A stretch of DNA of 64,000 bases, from the NCBI GenBank assembly GCA_035537875.1, contig DATLLJ010000037.1, positions 138,315-202,314 on the forward strand, read 5' to 3'. The notes beneath the pieces were generated by a model. That model saw only the letters and a list, made by a program, of their open reading frames with translations, ran no database searches and was not told the DNA's origin. Position numbers and translations under genes: made by a program. The stretch comes from Vicinamibacterales bacterium. GTDB taxonomy: Bacteria > Acidobacteriota > Vicinamibacteria > Vicinamibacterales > CAVVIG01. Below are positions 1 to 8,454 of the stretch, one piece after another (the first letter of the stretch is position 1; the number at the start of each line of letters is the position of its first letter).

Positions 1-3000
1 CACCAGCTCCGGGTTGACGTTACGGATCGCCGCCAGGTACGTCGTACGCGGGCGCGTGTTCAACTCACCGAGGAGCGCGTAATTGCGGACTTCCGCCTGC
101 AGCCTGGCGACACGACTATTCGGGTCGTTGAGATCACCGAAGACAATCGCTTCGGCGGGGCAGGCTTGTTGACAGGCGGTGACCACCTCGCCATCGCGGA
201 TCCGTCGATCCTGTCTCTCGGTCTCGATCTTCGCGGCGTTGATCCGCTGAACGCAGTACGTGCACTTCTCCATGACGCCGCGGCTCCTGACCGTGACGTC
301 CGGATTGCGGACGAGCTTCAGACTCGGCGTCTCCCAGTCCTGATAGAGCAGGAAATTGAAGCGGCGCACCTTGTACGGGCAGTTGTTGGAGCAGTAGCGC
401 GTGCCGACACAGCGGTTGTACACCATGTCGTTGAGCCCTTCGTGGCTGTGCACGGTCGCGCCCACCGGACAGACCAGCTCACACGGCGCGTTCTCGCAGT
501 GCATGCAGGGCACCGGCTGAAAATACGTTTCGGGATTGCTCGCCGAGCCTCGGTAGTAGCTGTCAACGCGGATCCAGTGCATCTCCCGGCCGCGCAGCAC
601 CTCCGCCTTCCCGACGACCGGGATGTTGTTCTCGGCCTGACAGCCGATCACGCAGGCGTTGCACCCGGTGCAGGCGTTGATGTCGATCGCCATGCCCCAC
701 TTGTAGCCCTCGTATTTCCACTCCGGATAGAGCGTGAGCGTACGGGGCGGCATGGCCTCGATGCCGGGGCTCTCGTGCACGGCTTGCGGATCGCGCAGGA
801 ACGCGTCACGGGTCGCGGCGCGCACCATGTTTCGACCCTCCATCAGGTGGTGATACTGCGTGCAGGCGAGAGACAAGCGATCGCCGGTCTTGACGACTTG
901 CACATCGGTGGCAAACCACGGTTCGTCAGTCGTCCTGATGGCGTGCGCATTGAAGCCGGCGCCGACGGCGTGACGCCCACCTCTCGTGCGTCCGTACCCC
1001 ATGTGGACCGTCAGGCAGTCGTCCGCATGACCGACCACCACGAACAGCGGGCCGCGGACCATCCGGCCGCGATGGCGAATCTCGACCACGTCGCTGACGA
1101 GCTCACCGCCTTCGAAGGTCTCCGCGTATTCACCCATCAGGCGACCAGCAGTCGCAGGGCTGACGAGCACCGCGTTGTCCCAGGTCAACTTCGTGAGGGG
1201 TTTGGGCAGCTCCTGAAGCCAGCCGTTGTTGGCGAAGCGTCCGTCGAGCACCGACGGATCGTTTCGGAAGACCAGGTCGAGGTCCGTGGAAGATAGCCGC
1301 TCGCTTGGGATAGCCGCTTCGCGTGCGGCCAGCGGGAAGGCGGCGGGAGTGAACGCCGTGTCGGGGACAACCCCGTCGTGGAGCCATTGCCGCCACGTCG
1401 CTTCGAACTCCAACGCCGTCCGATCGTTTGCCGTCGTCCTGTTCGCGGCCAATCCCGTCTTCTGCATCCAGTATTCCCGAACGATGTCGTACCCGGAGCG
1501 CCCGGGTCGATCGCTCGTCGCGGCCATCAACTCGTGCGCAGACTTGCCGTCGTAAAGCGGAGCGATGAGCGGCTGCACGATGGAAACCGTGCCGTCGTAC
1601 GCTCGCGCGTCGCTCCACGACTCGAGGAAATGCGCTTCCGGAATGTGCCAGTGGCACAGGGCCGACGTCTCGTCGTCGTACAAGCTGAGGTGAGCACAGA
1701 AGGGAACCTTGCTCATCGCCGCCGCAAACTGGAGATCCGCCGGCGCCGTGTAAGCCGGATTCCCACCCAGGATGAGAAGCGCGTCGACACGGCCGGCCGT
1801 CATGTCAGCGGCCAGCGTGCGAAGGGATTGAAGCTGATCGGTCGGCTCCGCCTCAACCGGCTCGGTGTAGACAACCGTCCGCCCCGCGTTGCCGAGCGCC
1901 GCGTTGATCCCATGGGTGAGGGCATGGACCGACGGCGGCTGCCCCTCACCCGCTATGACGAGGCTCCGCCCCTGCTGTGCCCGAAGATCTCGCACGACCG
2001 CATCGATCCAGCGACGCGCGGATTCGGACAACGTCGACGAATCGGCCGCCAGGTTCGCCACCCCGACCCCGGCGGCAATCAGCCTGGCGGCCACTTCGAT
2101 GTCGCGGGGCCTCATCGGCAAACGATGGTCGGCGCGCGCTCCGGTGGAGCTCGGCGCGCTTTCGATCGCGTACAGCCGGCTCATGCCGGCGGCTGCCTCC
2201 GGACGTCGACGGGCCGAGAAATCGCGTGTGTAGCGAAGGCAGCCGGGACCGCGAGAGAGCACGTCGGCGTCGAGGGCGAGGACGAGGTCGGCGTTCTCGA
2301 AGCGATACTGATGCCCGACGTACCGTCCGAACGCGAGACGTGCTCCCGTGCGCGCGTTGTCGTCGCTGACCGCATCCCACTGATGCCATCTCGCGTTGGG
2401 ATACCGTGCGAGGAGGTCGCGAATCTGCGCGGCAAGAGTCGGCGAGCTCACCGTTTCAGTCAGTATCCGGAGGCCGCTTCCGCCGATGGGGCTCTGCGCC
2501 TGGAGCATCGAACGGATCGCGCCAAGAAACCGGGGCCATGGGCGGATCTCCCCGAGATTCAGCAAGGTCTGCGAGCGATCGGGGTCGTAGAGGTCGAGGA
2601 TCGCGGCCTGCGCGAAGATGTCTGTCGCTCCCACACTGCCCGGATGCAGCGGATTGCCTTCGATCTTCGTGGGCCGCCCCTCGTGGCTTTCGACGAGCAG
2701 GCCGGTCGCCACCCCACCGAGGGTCATGGCTGTGGCGAAGTACAGCGGCCTGCCGGGGACGATCTCTTCAGGCTGGCGCACGTAGGGGACGATCTTTTCC
2801 GCGGGCTGGCGCGTGCACGCCGTCAGGCCCGCGAGAGCCACCGAAGCACCCATCAGCTTCAAGAACTTCCGCCGCGCAACCGGATCGGCCAACGCGTCGA
2901 GGTCGGGAAGCAGACTGGGGAACTCGTTCTGGAGTCGTTCACGGAATGCGGGATCGCCCGCGCGCTCGTCGAGAGTCCGCCACCACTCTCCCTGTCCATC

Positions 3001-3042
3001 GCGCAGCCCGGACGGCGACACGTCTCGTCCCTCGCACGTCAT
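1..3042 (-). CDS. actB: Alternative complex III subunit ActB (molybdopterin-oxidoreductase-like domain fused to a 4Fe-4S ferredoxin-like domain); 3' end cut by the window edge
   Basis: Absent from the ORF track because there is no stop in the window. My translation from ATG 3042 gives MTCEGRD...RRKFLKLMGASVALAGL (twin-arginine signal) and ...HEGRPTKIEGNPLHPGS. Further downstream are Cys clusters CTGCNACVIGC (near 650-690) and CQQACPAEAIVFGD (near 140-180). The frame is consistent at 3042, 693 and 3. ATGA overlap with the actA stop. Confidence 0.85.
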   Translation of the reverse strand, partial: MTCEGRDVSPSGLRDGQGEWWRTLDERAGDPAFRERLQNEFPSLLPDLDALADPVARRKFLKLMGASVALAGLTACTRQPAEKIVPYVRQPEEIVPGRPLYFATAMTLGGVATGLLVESHEGRPTKIEGNPLHPGSVGATDIFAQAAILDLYDPDRSQTLLNLGEIRPWPRFLGAIRSMLQAQSPIGGSGLRILTETVSSPTLAAQIRDLLARYPNARWHQWDAVSDDNARTGARLAFGRYVGHQYRFENADLVLALDADVLSRGPGCLRYTRDFSARRRPEAAAGMSRLYAIESAPSSTGARADHRLPMRPRDIEVAARLIAAGVGVANLAADSSTLSESARRWIDAVVRDLRAQQGRSLVIAGEGQPPSVHALTHGINAALGNAGRTVVYTEPVEAEPTDQLQSLRTLAADMTAGRVDALLILGGNPAYTAPADLQFAAAMSKVPFCAHLSLYDDETSALCHWHIPEAHFLESWSDARAYDGTVSIVQPLIAPLYDGKSAHELMAATSDRPGRSGYDIVREYWMQKTGLAANRTTANDRTALEFEATWRQWLHDGVVPDTAFTPAAFPLAAREAAIPSERLSSTDLDLVFRNDPSVLDGRFANNGWLQELPKPLTKLTWDNAVLVSPATAGRLMGEYAETFEGGELVSDVVEIRHRGRMVRGPLFVVVGHADDCLTVHMGYGRTRGGRHAVGAGFNAHAIRTTDEPWFATDVQVVKTGDRLSLACTQYHHLMEGRNMVRAATRDAFLRDPQAVHESPGIEAMPPRTLTLYPEWKYEGYKWGMAIDINACTGCNACVIGCQAENNIPVVGKAEVLRGREMHWIRVDSYYRGSASNPETYFQPVPCMHCENAPCELVCPVGATVHSHEGLNDMVYNRCVGTRYCSNNCPYKVRRFNFLLYQDWETPSLKLVRNPDVTVRSRGVMEKCTYCVQRINAAKIETERQDRRIRDGEVVTACQQACPAEAIVFGDLNDPNSRVARLQAEVRNYALLGELNTRPRTTYLAAIRNVNPELV

Positions 3043-3689
3043 TGGTGACACGTCGAACAGCTCGTGAGCTTCTGGATTTGGTATGCAGCCACGAGCTCCT
3101 CGCCTAGTTCGAGCTGGTTGGGCGGGGGCACGTAGTCGACGCGAAAGACGGCCTCCCGGGGCCGGACGTACTGTTCTGGCCGCCGGTGGCAATCGACACA
3201 CCAGTCCATCTGCAGAGACTGTTCCTGGTACATGAGCGGCATGCGATCGACCTGGCCGTGGCAGGTCGTGCAGCCCACTCCCTTGTAGACGTGGATGCTG
3301 TGGTCGAAGCGGACGAAGTCCGGCAAGTCGTGAACCCGCGTCCACTCAATGGGCAGGCCCGATCGGAAGCTTTGGCGGACCGGTTCGAGAAACGGGCTGT
3401 TGGAAAAGATCTGCGAATGGCACGCCATGCAGGTCTTGGTGGGGGGAATGCCGGCAAACGAGGAGTCTTCGACCGACGTGTGGCAGTAGCGGCAGTCGAT
3501 GCCGTTACCGCCGACGTGACGTTCGTGGCTGAACTGCAGCGGCTGCTCGCGCGCGACGCGGGCCTGGGTCATCCACGACGAACGGTTCACCTTGTCGAAG
3601 ATGCCGAGCAGGCCGGCGATGAAGAAGATCGCGCCGAAAATCGTGACCTTCGCGATGGTATTCGCGCTGCGATGAAAGATCTGCGACAT
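3039..3689 (-). CDS. actA: Alternative complex III pentaheme cytochrome c subunit ActA
   Basis: 216 aa with an N-terminal TM anchor (VTIFGAIFFIAGLLGIF). Five CxxCH motifs: CRYCH, CMACH, CTTCH, CVDCH, CSTCH. Immediately upstream of actB. Confidence 0.85.
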   Translation of the reverse strand: MSQIFHRSANTIAKVTIFGAIFFIAGLLGIFDKVNRSSWMTQARVAREQPLQFSHERHVGGNGIDCRYCHTSVEDSSFAGIPPTKTCMACHSQIFSNSPFLEPVRQSFRSGLPIEWTRVHDLPDFVRFDHSIHVYKGVGCTTCHGQVDRMPLMYQEQSLQMDWCVDCHRRPEQYVRPREAVFRVDYVPPPNQLELGEELVAAYQIQKLTSCSTCHQ

Positions 3690-3813
3690 CGGTCGATGCG
3701 ATCGGTGCGAGGCGAGCGGCGCGGCGTCGGCAGACTGCCGCCACAGGAGAGGCGCGTCGGTCGACGAAACAGATCGAGCTTACTCCGGCGCGGGCGCGAT
3801 CGCGACACTAAAT

Positions 3814-3829
3814 TGTGAAACATTTCACT
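3814..3829. promoter_or_regulatory. CRP/FNR-family-type palindrome TGTGA-N6-TCACT in the divergent intergenic region
   Basis: tgtgaaacatttcact contains the perfect inverted repeat GTGAAA-ca-TTTCAC. It sits in an AT-rich patch about 125 nt from both the actA start (3689) and the 3956 gene start. Confidence 0.4.
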
Positions 3830-3955
3830 TATCGCGCCACCTGAGCAGTAGATCGCCCCCCGGTCCCGCCATAATAAGAAAGGAGAAGCGGCGGAGCCGC
3901 CGGCCCGCGGCGCGGCCAACGGCCGCGCCAGCAAGGCAGGAAGAGGACGCGAGGC

Positions 3956-4402
3956 ATGAGCGACGGCGATCGAAAATATCGGCAACGGGGCTACCAGGAC
4001 ACGCCCAAGGAAAGCGGACCCCGGCGCAGCCAGCCGGCCGAGCGCGCGCCGCGCGCCCCGGGTCGACAACTTCAGGACGCCGCTGGTCCTCGCACCCCCA
4101 ACCTGATGGCATCACACGAGGTGTTCCGCTGCGCGCGCTGCGGAAACCTCCTCACGCTGCCAGTCGCACTCGACGGGCGGTGCGGCCGCTGCGGCGTCGA
4201 TCTTCATTGCTGCATTCAGTGCGTCTCGTTCGACACCGGCGCACGGTTCGAATGCTCGCAAGCCGGTCTCCCCGCCCGCGTGACTCCCAAAGATGCGCGC
4301 AACGCGTGCACGCTCTTCGCCGCCCGCATGACCGTCGAGCGTCAGACCGGTACGCCGGGACCGACGAGCGCGCGCCAGGCGTTCGACGATCTCTTCAAGT
4401 AG
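3956..4402 (+). CDS. Hypothetical Cys-rich (zinc-ribbon-like) protein
   Basis: 148 aa with a basic, disordered N-terminus, then CARCGN...CGRCG...CCIQC Cys pairs. ATG start preceded by aggaagagga. Confidence 0.6.
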   Translation: MSDGDRKYRQRGYQDTPKESGPRRSQPAERAPRAPGRQLQDAAGPRTPNLMASHEVFRCARCGNLLTLPVALDGRCGRCGVDLHCCIQCVSFDTGARFECSQAGLPARVTPKDARNACTLFAARMTVERQTGTPGPTSARQAFDDLFK

Positions 4403-4467
4403 GGGGAGGTCGGAGGTTGGGGGCTAGAGGTTAGGGTTAGAGGTCAGAGGTTAGAGGTCAGGGGGTC
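4401..4467 (+). repeat. Purine-rich tandem array of about 7-nt period (units AGAGGTY / AGGGTT / AGGGGGTC)
   Basis: agggggaggtcggaggttgggggctagaggttagggttagaggtcagaggttagaggtcagggggtc. It fills the whole gap between stop 4402 and ATG 4476. Confidence 0.8.
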
Positions 4468-4475
4468 AAACAAAA

Positions 4476-5159
4476 ATGTCCTTGCTTTCTCCGGCCGACC
4501 AGCAACGTCTCCGTGAATCGTTTGCAGAGATGACGCGGCGGGTCCGGCTGCTGTTCTTCACCCAGACCCTCGACTGCGAGACGTGCCTGCAGACGCGACA
4601 GATACTGGACGAGCTGCCGGCGCTCACCGACAACGTGATCATCGAAGAAGTGAACTTCGTTCTCGACAAGGAACGGGTGCAAGAATACGGCATCGACCGT
4701 GTGCCGGCCGTTGCGATTGCTTACGACATCGACGGCGCCGTGACGGACTCTCGGATCAGGTTTCTGGGGACCCCGTCGGGGTACGAGTTCATTTCACTCG
4801 TGCACGCCATATTGCTGGCGGGCGGACGCGAGTCCATCCTGACGCCTGAGAATCGCATCCGGGTGGCTGGGATGACGACCCCGATCACGATGCACGTCTT
4901 CACGACACCGACTTGACCGCACTGCCCCAGGGCCGTGAGCCTGGCACACGAAATGGCCTTCGCGAATCCCGCGATTACGGCCTACGCAGTCGAAGCGACG
5001 GAGTTTCCGGATCTGGCCCGGCGCTACATGGTGACCGGGGTGCCGAAGACCGTGGTCACGGCTTCGGCCGGCGCCGCGCCGGTCGAGATTCTTGGAGCGG
5101 TTCCGCAGGACGACTTCATCGAGCAGACACTGTCGGCTTCCTCGAATCAGCTGTCGTGA
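4476..5159 (+). CDS. PDO-type (glutaredoxin-like, double thioredoxin fold) protein disulfide oxidoreductase. In-frame TGA at 4914-4916 read as selenocysteine (UPHC in place of CPxC).
   Basis: ORFs 4476..4916 and 4935..5159 are in the same frame and are separated only by TGA plus 6 codons. Read-through gives ...ITMHVFTTPT-U-PHCPRAVSLAHEMAFANP...VTGVPKTVV. The N-terminal half has its own CETC motif. Confidence 0.7.
4923..4946 (+). other. Candidate bacterial SECIS hairpin
   Basis: Stem ccagg (4927-4931) pairs with cctgg (4940-4944), and tg/ca pairs lie outside a CC bulge. The 8-nt apical loop gccgtgag starts 16 nt after the UGA. Confidence 0.4.
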
Positions 5160-6730
5160 GACGCTCGCTTCTTGCTCTGGCCCTCGCCGTTGCGACAGTT
5201 GTCGCGCCGTTCAGGGCCGCAGAGGCGATCCGCTACCGCTTCACTTTTCCCAGGCCGGCCGAGCAATGGATGCAGGTCGAAGGGAGTTTCGCCGAGCTGG
5301 GAGAGAACCCTCTCGAGCTCGTGATGAGTCGGTCGTCCCCCGGACGCTACGCCGAGCACGATTTCGCGAGAAACGTATATGACGTGCACGCCTACGCGGT
5401 CGACGGCCGCGAGCTGCGAATCGAGCGCGGGGGCCGTTCGGAGTGGGTTGTGCCGACGCACTCGGGCAATGTGACGCTCAGATACAAGGTGTACGGCAAT
5501 CGACTCGACGGTACGTACCTGGCGATCGACGGAACCCACGCGCATATAAACATGCCGGCCGCGCTCTTGTGGGCGCGGGGACTCGCCGATCGTCCGGCAA
5601 CGTTGACGTTCGAAGCGCCGGGGAACACGCGCTGGGATGTCGCGACACAACTGTACCCGGGTGCGACGCCCGGTGAGTTCACGGCGCCCAACCTCCAGTA
5701 CTTGATCGACAGCCCGGTCGAGTTCGGCCCCATCATGCTCGAACCGTTCGTCGTCGGGCCACGGATGTTTCGCTTCGCGGCGCACCACACCGGCACCAGG
5801 ATGGAGCTTCAGTCGCTGGTCGAGGATGTCGCGGACATCGTGGCGGAGCAGAGTGCGATCTTCGGGGAATTCCCCGTCTTCGAGACAGGGACGTACACGT
5901 TCATCGCCGACTACCTGTCTTACGCCGCCGGCGACGCGATGGAGCATCGCAACAGCACCGTCATGACGTCGCCTGGCACGATCGGGAATGCGCGGCGGGA
6001 ACTGCTGGATTCCGCATCCCACGAGTTCTTTCACGTATGGAACGTCGAGCGCATCCGGCCTCGAAGCCTCGAACCGTTCGATCTCGAGCGGCCGAACCCG
6101 TCGGGGGAGCTGTGGCTCGCGGAGGGCTTCACCCAGTACTACGGTCCGCTCACGTTACAGCGCGTCGGCCTGCTGGAGGTCGGCGATACGGCGAGAATGT
6201 TCACCACGGTCCTGAACGCCGTATCGGCCGGCGCCGGCCGGTTGGCGCACTCTGCAGAGGAGGTCAGCCGGCGAGCGGTTGACGAGGATCCGAACGGGCG
6301 CCCACCATCAGGAGTGGTTTCATACTATCCGCTCGGCGCAGCCATCGCGCTGGCGCTCGATCTGTCGCTGCGGAGCCGCCGGGGACCGCAATTGAGCCTC
6401 GACGATTTCATGCGTGAAATGTGGGTGCGATTCGGCAAGCCCGGCGGTGCCAGACCCGGCTACGTCGATCGACCCTATACGACGGCCGATGTGGAAGCCA
6501 CGCTCGCATCGGTGACGGGCGATCCCGGGTTTGCCCGTGATTTCGTGGGTCGCTACATTCAGGGATACGAGATAGCGGACTATCGAAGCCTGCTCGCGCC
6601 GGCCGGATTCCTGGTGCGACCAGCTCCGCGCGGGCGACTCGAGGTCGTTCCGATTGAGATGACGGGCGGATCGCTCACGGCATCGCAGCAGACGTTTCGC
6701 CGGGACTGGCTTGGCCCCAAAACAAGGTAA
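5156..6730 (+). CDS. M61 family (glycyl aminopeptidase-like) metallopeptidase, secreted
   Basis: HEFFH zinc motif (SASHEFFHVWNVERIRP) and signal-like N-terminus VRRSLLALALAVATVVAPFRAAEA. Start set at in-frame GTG 5156, which overlaps the preceding stop (GTGA). The track's 4913 start would overlap the PDO gene. Confidence 0.8.
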   Translation: MRRSLLALALAVATVVAPFRAAEAIRYRFTFPRPAEQWMQVEGSFAELGENPLELVMSRSSPGRYAEHDFARNVYDVHAYAVDGRELRIERGGRSEWVVPTHSGNVTLRYKVYGNRLDGTYLAIDGTHAHINMPAALLWARGLADRPATLTFEAPGNTRWDVATQLYPGATPGEFTAPNLQYLIDSPVEFGPIMLEPFVVGPRMFRFAAHHTGTRMELQSLVEDVADIVAEQSAIFGEFPVFETGTYTFIADYLSYAAGDAMEHRNSTVMTSPGTIGNARRELLDSASHEFFHVWNVERIRPRSLEPFDLERPNPSGELWLAEGFTQYYGPLTLQRVGLLEVGDTARMFTTVLNAVSAGAGRLAHSAEEVSRRAVDEDPNGRPPSGVVSYYPLGAAIALALDLSLRSRRGPQLSLDDFMREMWVRFGKPGGARPGYVDRPYTTADVEATLASVTGDPGFARDFVGRYIQGYEIADYRSLLAPAGFLVRPAPRGRLEVVPIEMTGGSLTASQQTFRRDWLGPKTR

Positions 6731-6742
6731 GAGGTCGATCAC

Positions 6743-7345
6743 ATGGCACTGCCGTGGCTCTCCGTCGTCGATACGCTGCTCGATCTCACCAGTCTGGCGC
6801 TGAGCCGGAAGTCGCGTCGTCCCCAGGAAGACGCCGAACCGCAAACCCTGCCTGGCAGGGCGCTCGGCCACCTCGAAACGAGGTTGACCGGCGTCGTCAT
6901 GGCGGCGCTGAAAGAGGCGTTCGATCGCGACGCCAGCCGGCTGGAACTCGAGCGCGAACAGGCCGAGCGCGAGCGTGTTCGCGCCGAACGGCTGCTCAGG
7001 CTCGAATTGTGGCGTCAGGCCGGCGATCGGGAGATCGGTCGGCTGCGTCTGCTTGCCGGGGTCGCGGTGGGCAGCTGGGTGGGCACTTTGCTGTTTTCGA
7101 CCCGCTTGATGGGTGGTCCGGTCGGCGCACGCGTGATGTTGGGTGTCGGATGGCTTTTGCTTCTGGCTGCGCTGTCGTTTTCCTTCGCCGCTCAAAGTCG
7201 GATCAGCGGCGCGCTCGCCCGCGTGGATGAGACAGCCGCTCAAATGCGTCGAGACGAACTGATGGCTGGCCCTCTGGGTGCGATGGTGCCGTGGCTCATT
7301 GTCCTCGGACTGGCAGTGATAGGGCTGGCTGTGTTGATCGGTTGA
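6743..7345 (+). CDS. Hypothetical membrane protein (charged coiled-coil-like N-terminus, 3-4 C-terminal TM helices)
   Basis: 200 aa with ELEREQAERERVRAERLLRLE, then hydrophobic segments LLAGVAVGSWVGTLLF, VMLGVGWLLLLAALSF and VPWLIVLGLAVIGLAVLI. Confidence 0.55.
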   Translation: MALPWLSVVDTLLDLTSLALSRKSRRPQEDAEPQTLPGRALGHLETRLTGVVMAALKEAFDRDASRLELEREQAERERVRAERLLRLELWRQAGDREIGRLRLLAGVAVGSWVGTLLFSTRLMGGPVGARVMLGVGWLLLLAALSFSFAAQSRISGALARVDETAAQMRRDELMAGPLGAMVPWLIVLGLAVIGLAVLIG

Positions 7346-7367
7346 GGGGGCGCGCGGGCCCCCTCAA
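7342..7367. terminator. GC-rich hairpin between convergent genes (possible bidirectional terminator)
   Basis: ttgagggggc (7342-7351) pairs perfectly with gccccctcaa (7358-7367), with loop gcgcgg. There is no clear U-tract. Confidence 0.5.
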
Positions 7368-7378
7368 GAGACGATCGG

Positions 7379-7912
7379 TCAGACCCTCGCGGGAACCGGC
7401 GCCTTGGCGGTCAGCGCCGCCGCGACTTTGCCGGACGCCATCCCGAATACAGCGCCGAGCGCCATCGAGATAGCCACGAGCAGGAAGGCGTTCGCCAGGC
7501 TCGCCGAGAAGAGGTTGTCCAAGGTGAGAGCGCCTTGCGTCTGCAGCAGGTAGGCAAAGGTTGCGGCGTACCCGTAGACGCTGGCCGGGATGGCAGACAG
7601 CGCAGGAATCTGGGCCGCGAGGCACATCCCCAGCACGGTCAATCCGACCACGATGCCTGCCCAGACCGGCAGCGTCAGCGAGTTCGCCATCGGGACCGAA
7701 AGGATGACGACGGCGGCCACCCAGGCGCAGAACGCACCGAACGTATTGCAGACGATGGTGTTCCTCAGGGCAGCGTCGTTGCCGCCGGCATGGAAGTAGC
7801 ACGCCCACGCGAGAAATCCGGCCCAGATTAGCAAGCTGGTGTTCAGGTACAGAGTCGTAGCGATCGCGCCAAGAACCCCAATGCTCACCGACAGAGCGAC
7901 GAGTGATGACAT
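7379..7912 (-). CDS. DUF1097-like inner membrane protein
   Basis: 177 aa, almost entirely hydrophobic with about 5-6 TM helices. GGGAGG lies upstream of the ATG. Confidence 0.6.
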   Translation of the reverse strand: MSSLVALSVSIGVLGAIATTLYLNTSLLIWAGFLAWACYFHAGGNDAALRNTIVCNTFGAFCAWVAAVVILSVPMANSLTLPVWAGIVVGLTVLGMCLAAQIPALSAIPASVYGYAATFAYLLQTQGALTLDNLFSASLANAFLLVAISMALGAVFGMASGKVAAALTAKAPVPARV

Positions 7913-8069
7913 CGTGATGCCTCCCTCTGAAGAGCCGGTTGCGGAGCGCGCCTTCTCCCGGCTCGCTGGGGAGACGGCGTGGCGGGCTGATGAGCCGAAA
8001 AGGAAGGCTGGTTTAGCACACCCTCCCCCAGGGCTGTCAAATTAGGGAGGGCCGGGCGTCAGGGGTGAC

Positions 8070-8348
8070 CTAGATGAGGCGCCAGGCGCCGGGGGCGATA
8101 CCTTCAGTGACCGACGTGACCCACCATTCGTCCTCGTCATCGAGCAGCAGTCGTCCGGCAACGGCGAGAACTCCATCGCCATACCCGCTGGCGCGGGCTG
8201 CCACGAGCATCGGGACGGCATCGCCCGGCAGGACACCCGGAAGCGGTCCGACGCCCGCCGCCGAGCTCTCCTGCCGGCGCAGAGTGATCCTTTCCGCCTG
8301 CTCCTCGGTCAGCGAATACAGCACAACCTGTCCGATATCAGGCAGCAT
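8070..8348 (-). CDS. Hypothetical small protein
   Basis: 92-aa ORF with a true ATG, downstream of the oxidase gene on the same strand. No recognisable motif. Confidence 0.4.
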   Translation of the reverse strand: MLPDIGQVVLYSLTEEQAERITLRRQESSAAGVGPLPGVLPGDAVPMLVAARASGYGDGVLAVAGRLLLDDEDEWWVTSVTEGIAPGAWRLI

Positions 8349-8454
8349 GGTCAGTCAACGCCACGATGGGGTCATTCTAGACGCCGGCCCGCCCGACGGT
8401 CACGGCCGCCGGTGTGCCGGACGCGAAGGAGCTCGCCCCGGCGGCGAACCTGTT

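Noticed and set aside
166-3107. Long plus-strand ORFs (376, 556 and 233 aa) across the left 3 kb
   Set aside because: Their translations are Arg/Gly/Ala/His-rich low-complexity sequence typical of antisense shadow ORFs in high-GC DNA. The minus strand encodes a continuous, motif-rich ActB (Tat signal, Fe-S Cys clusters).
4425-4445. TTAGGGTTAG, identical to vertebrate-type telomeric repeat units
   Set aside because: It is only about 1.5 units, embedded in a degenerate AGAGGTY array between two ordinary genes. There is no chromosome-end context, so this is a coincidental sub-motif of the heptamer repeat.
4913-5155. N-terminal 81 codons of the 605-aa track ORF for the M61 peptidase
   Set aside because: This segment overlaps the C-terminal thioredoxin unit of the PDO gene in another frame and is Arg/Gly-rich. 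An in-frame GTG at 5156 gives a proper signal peptide and a GTGA overlap.
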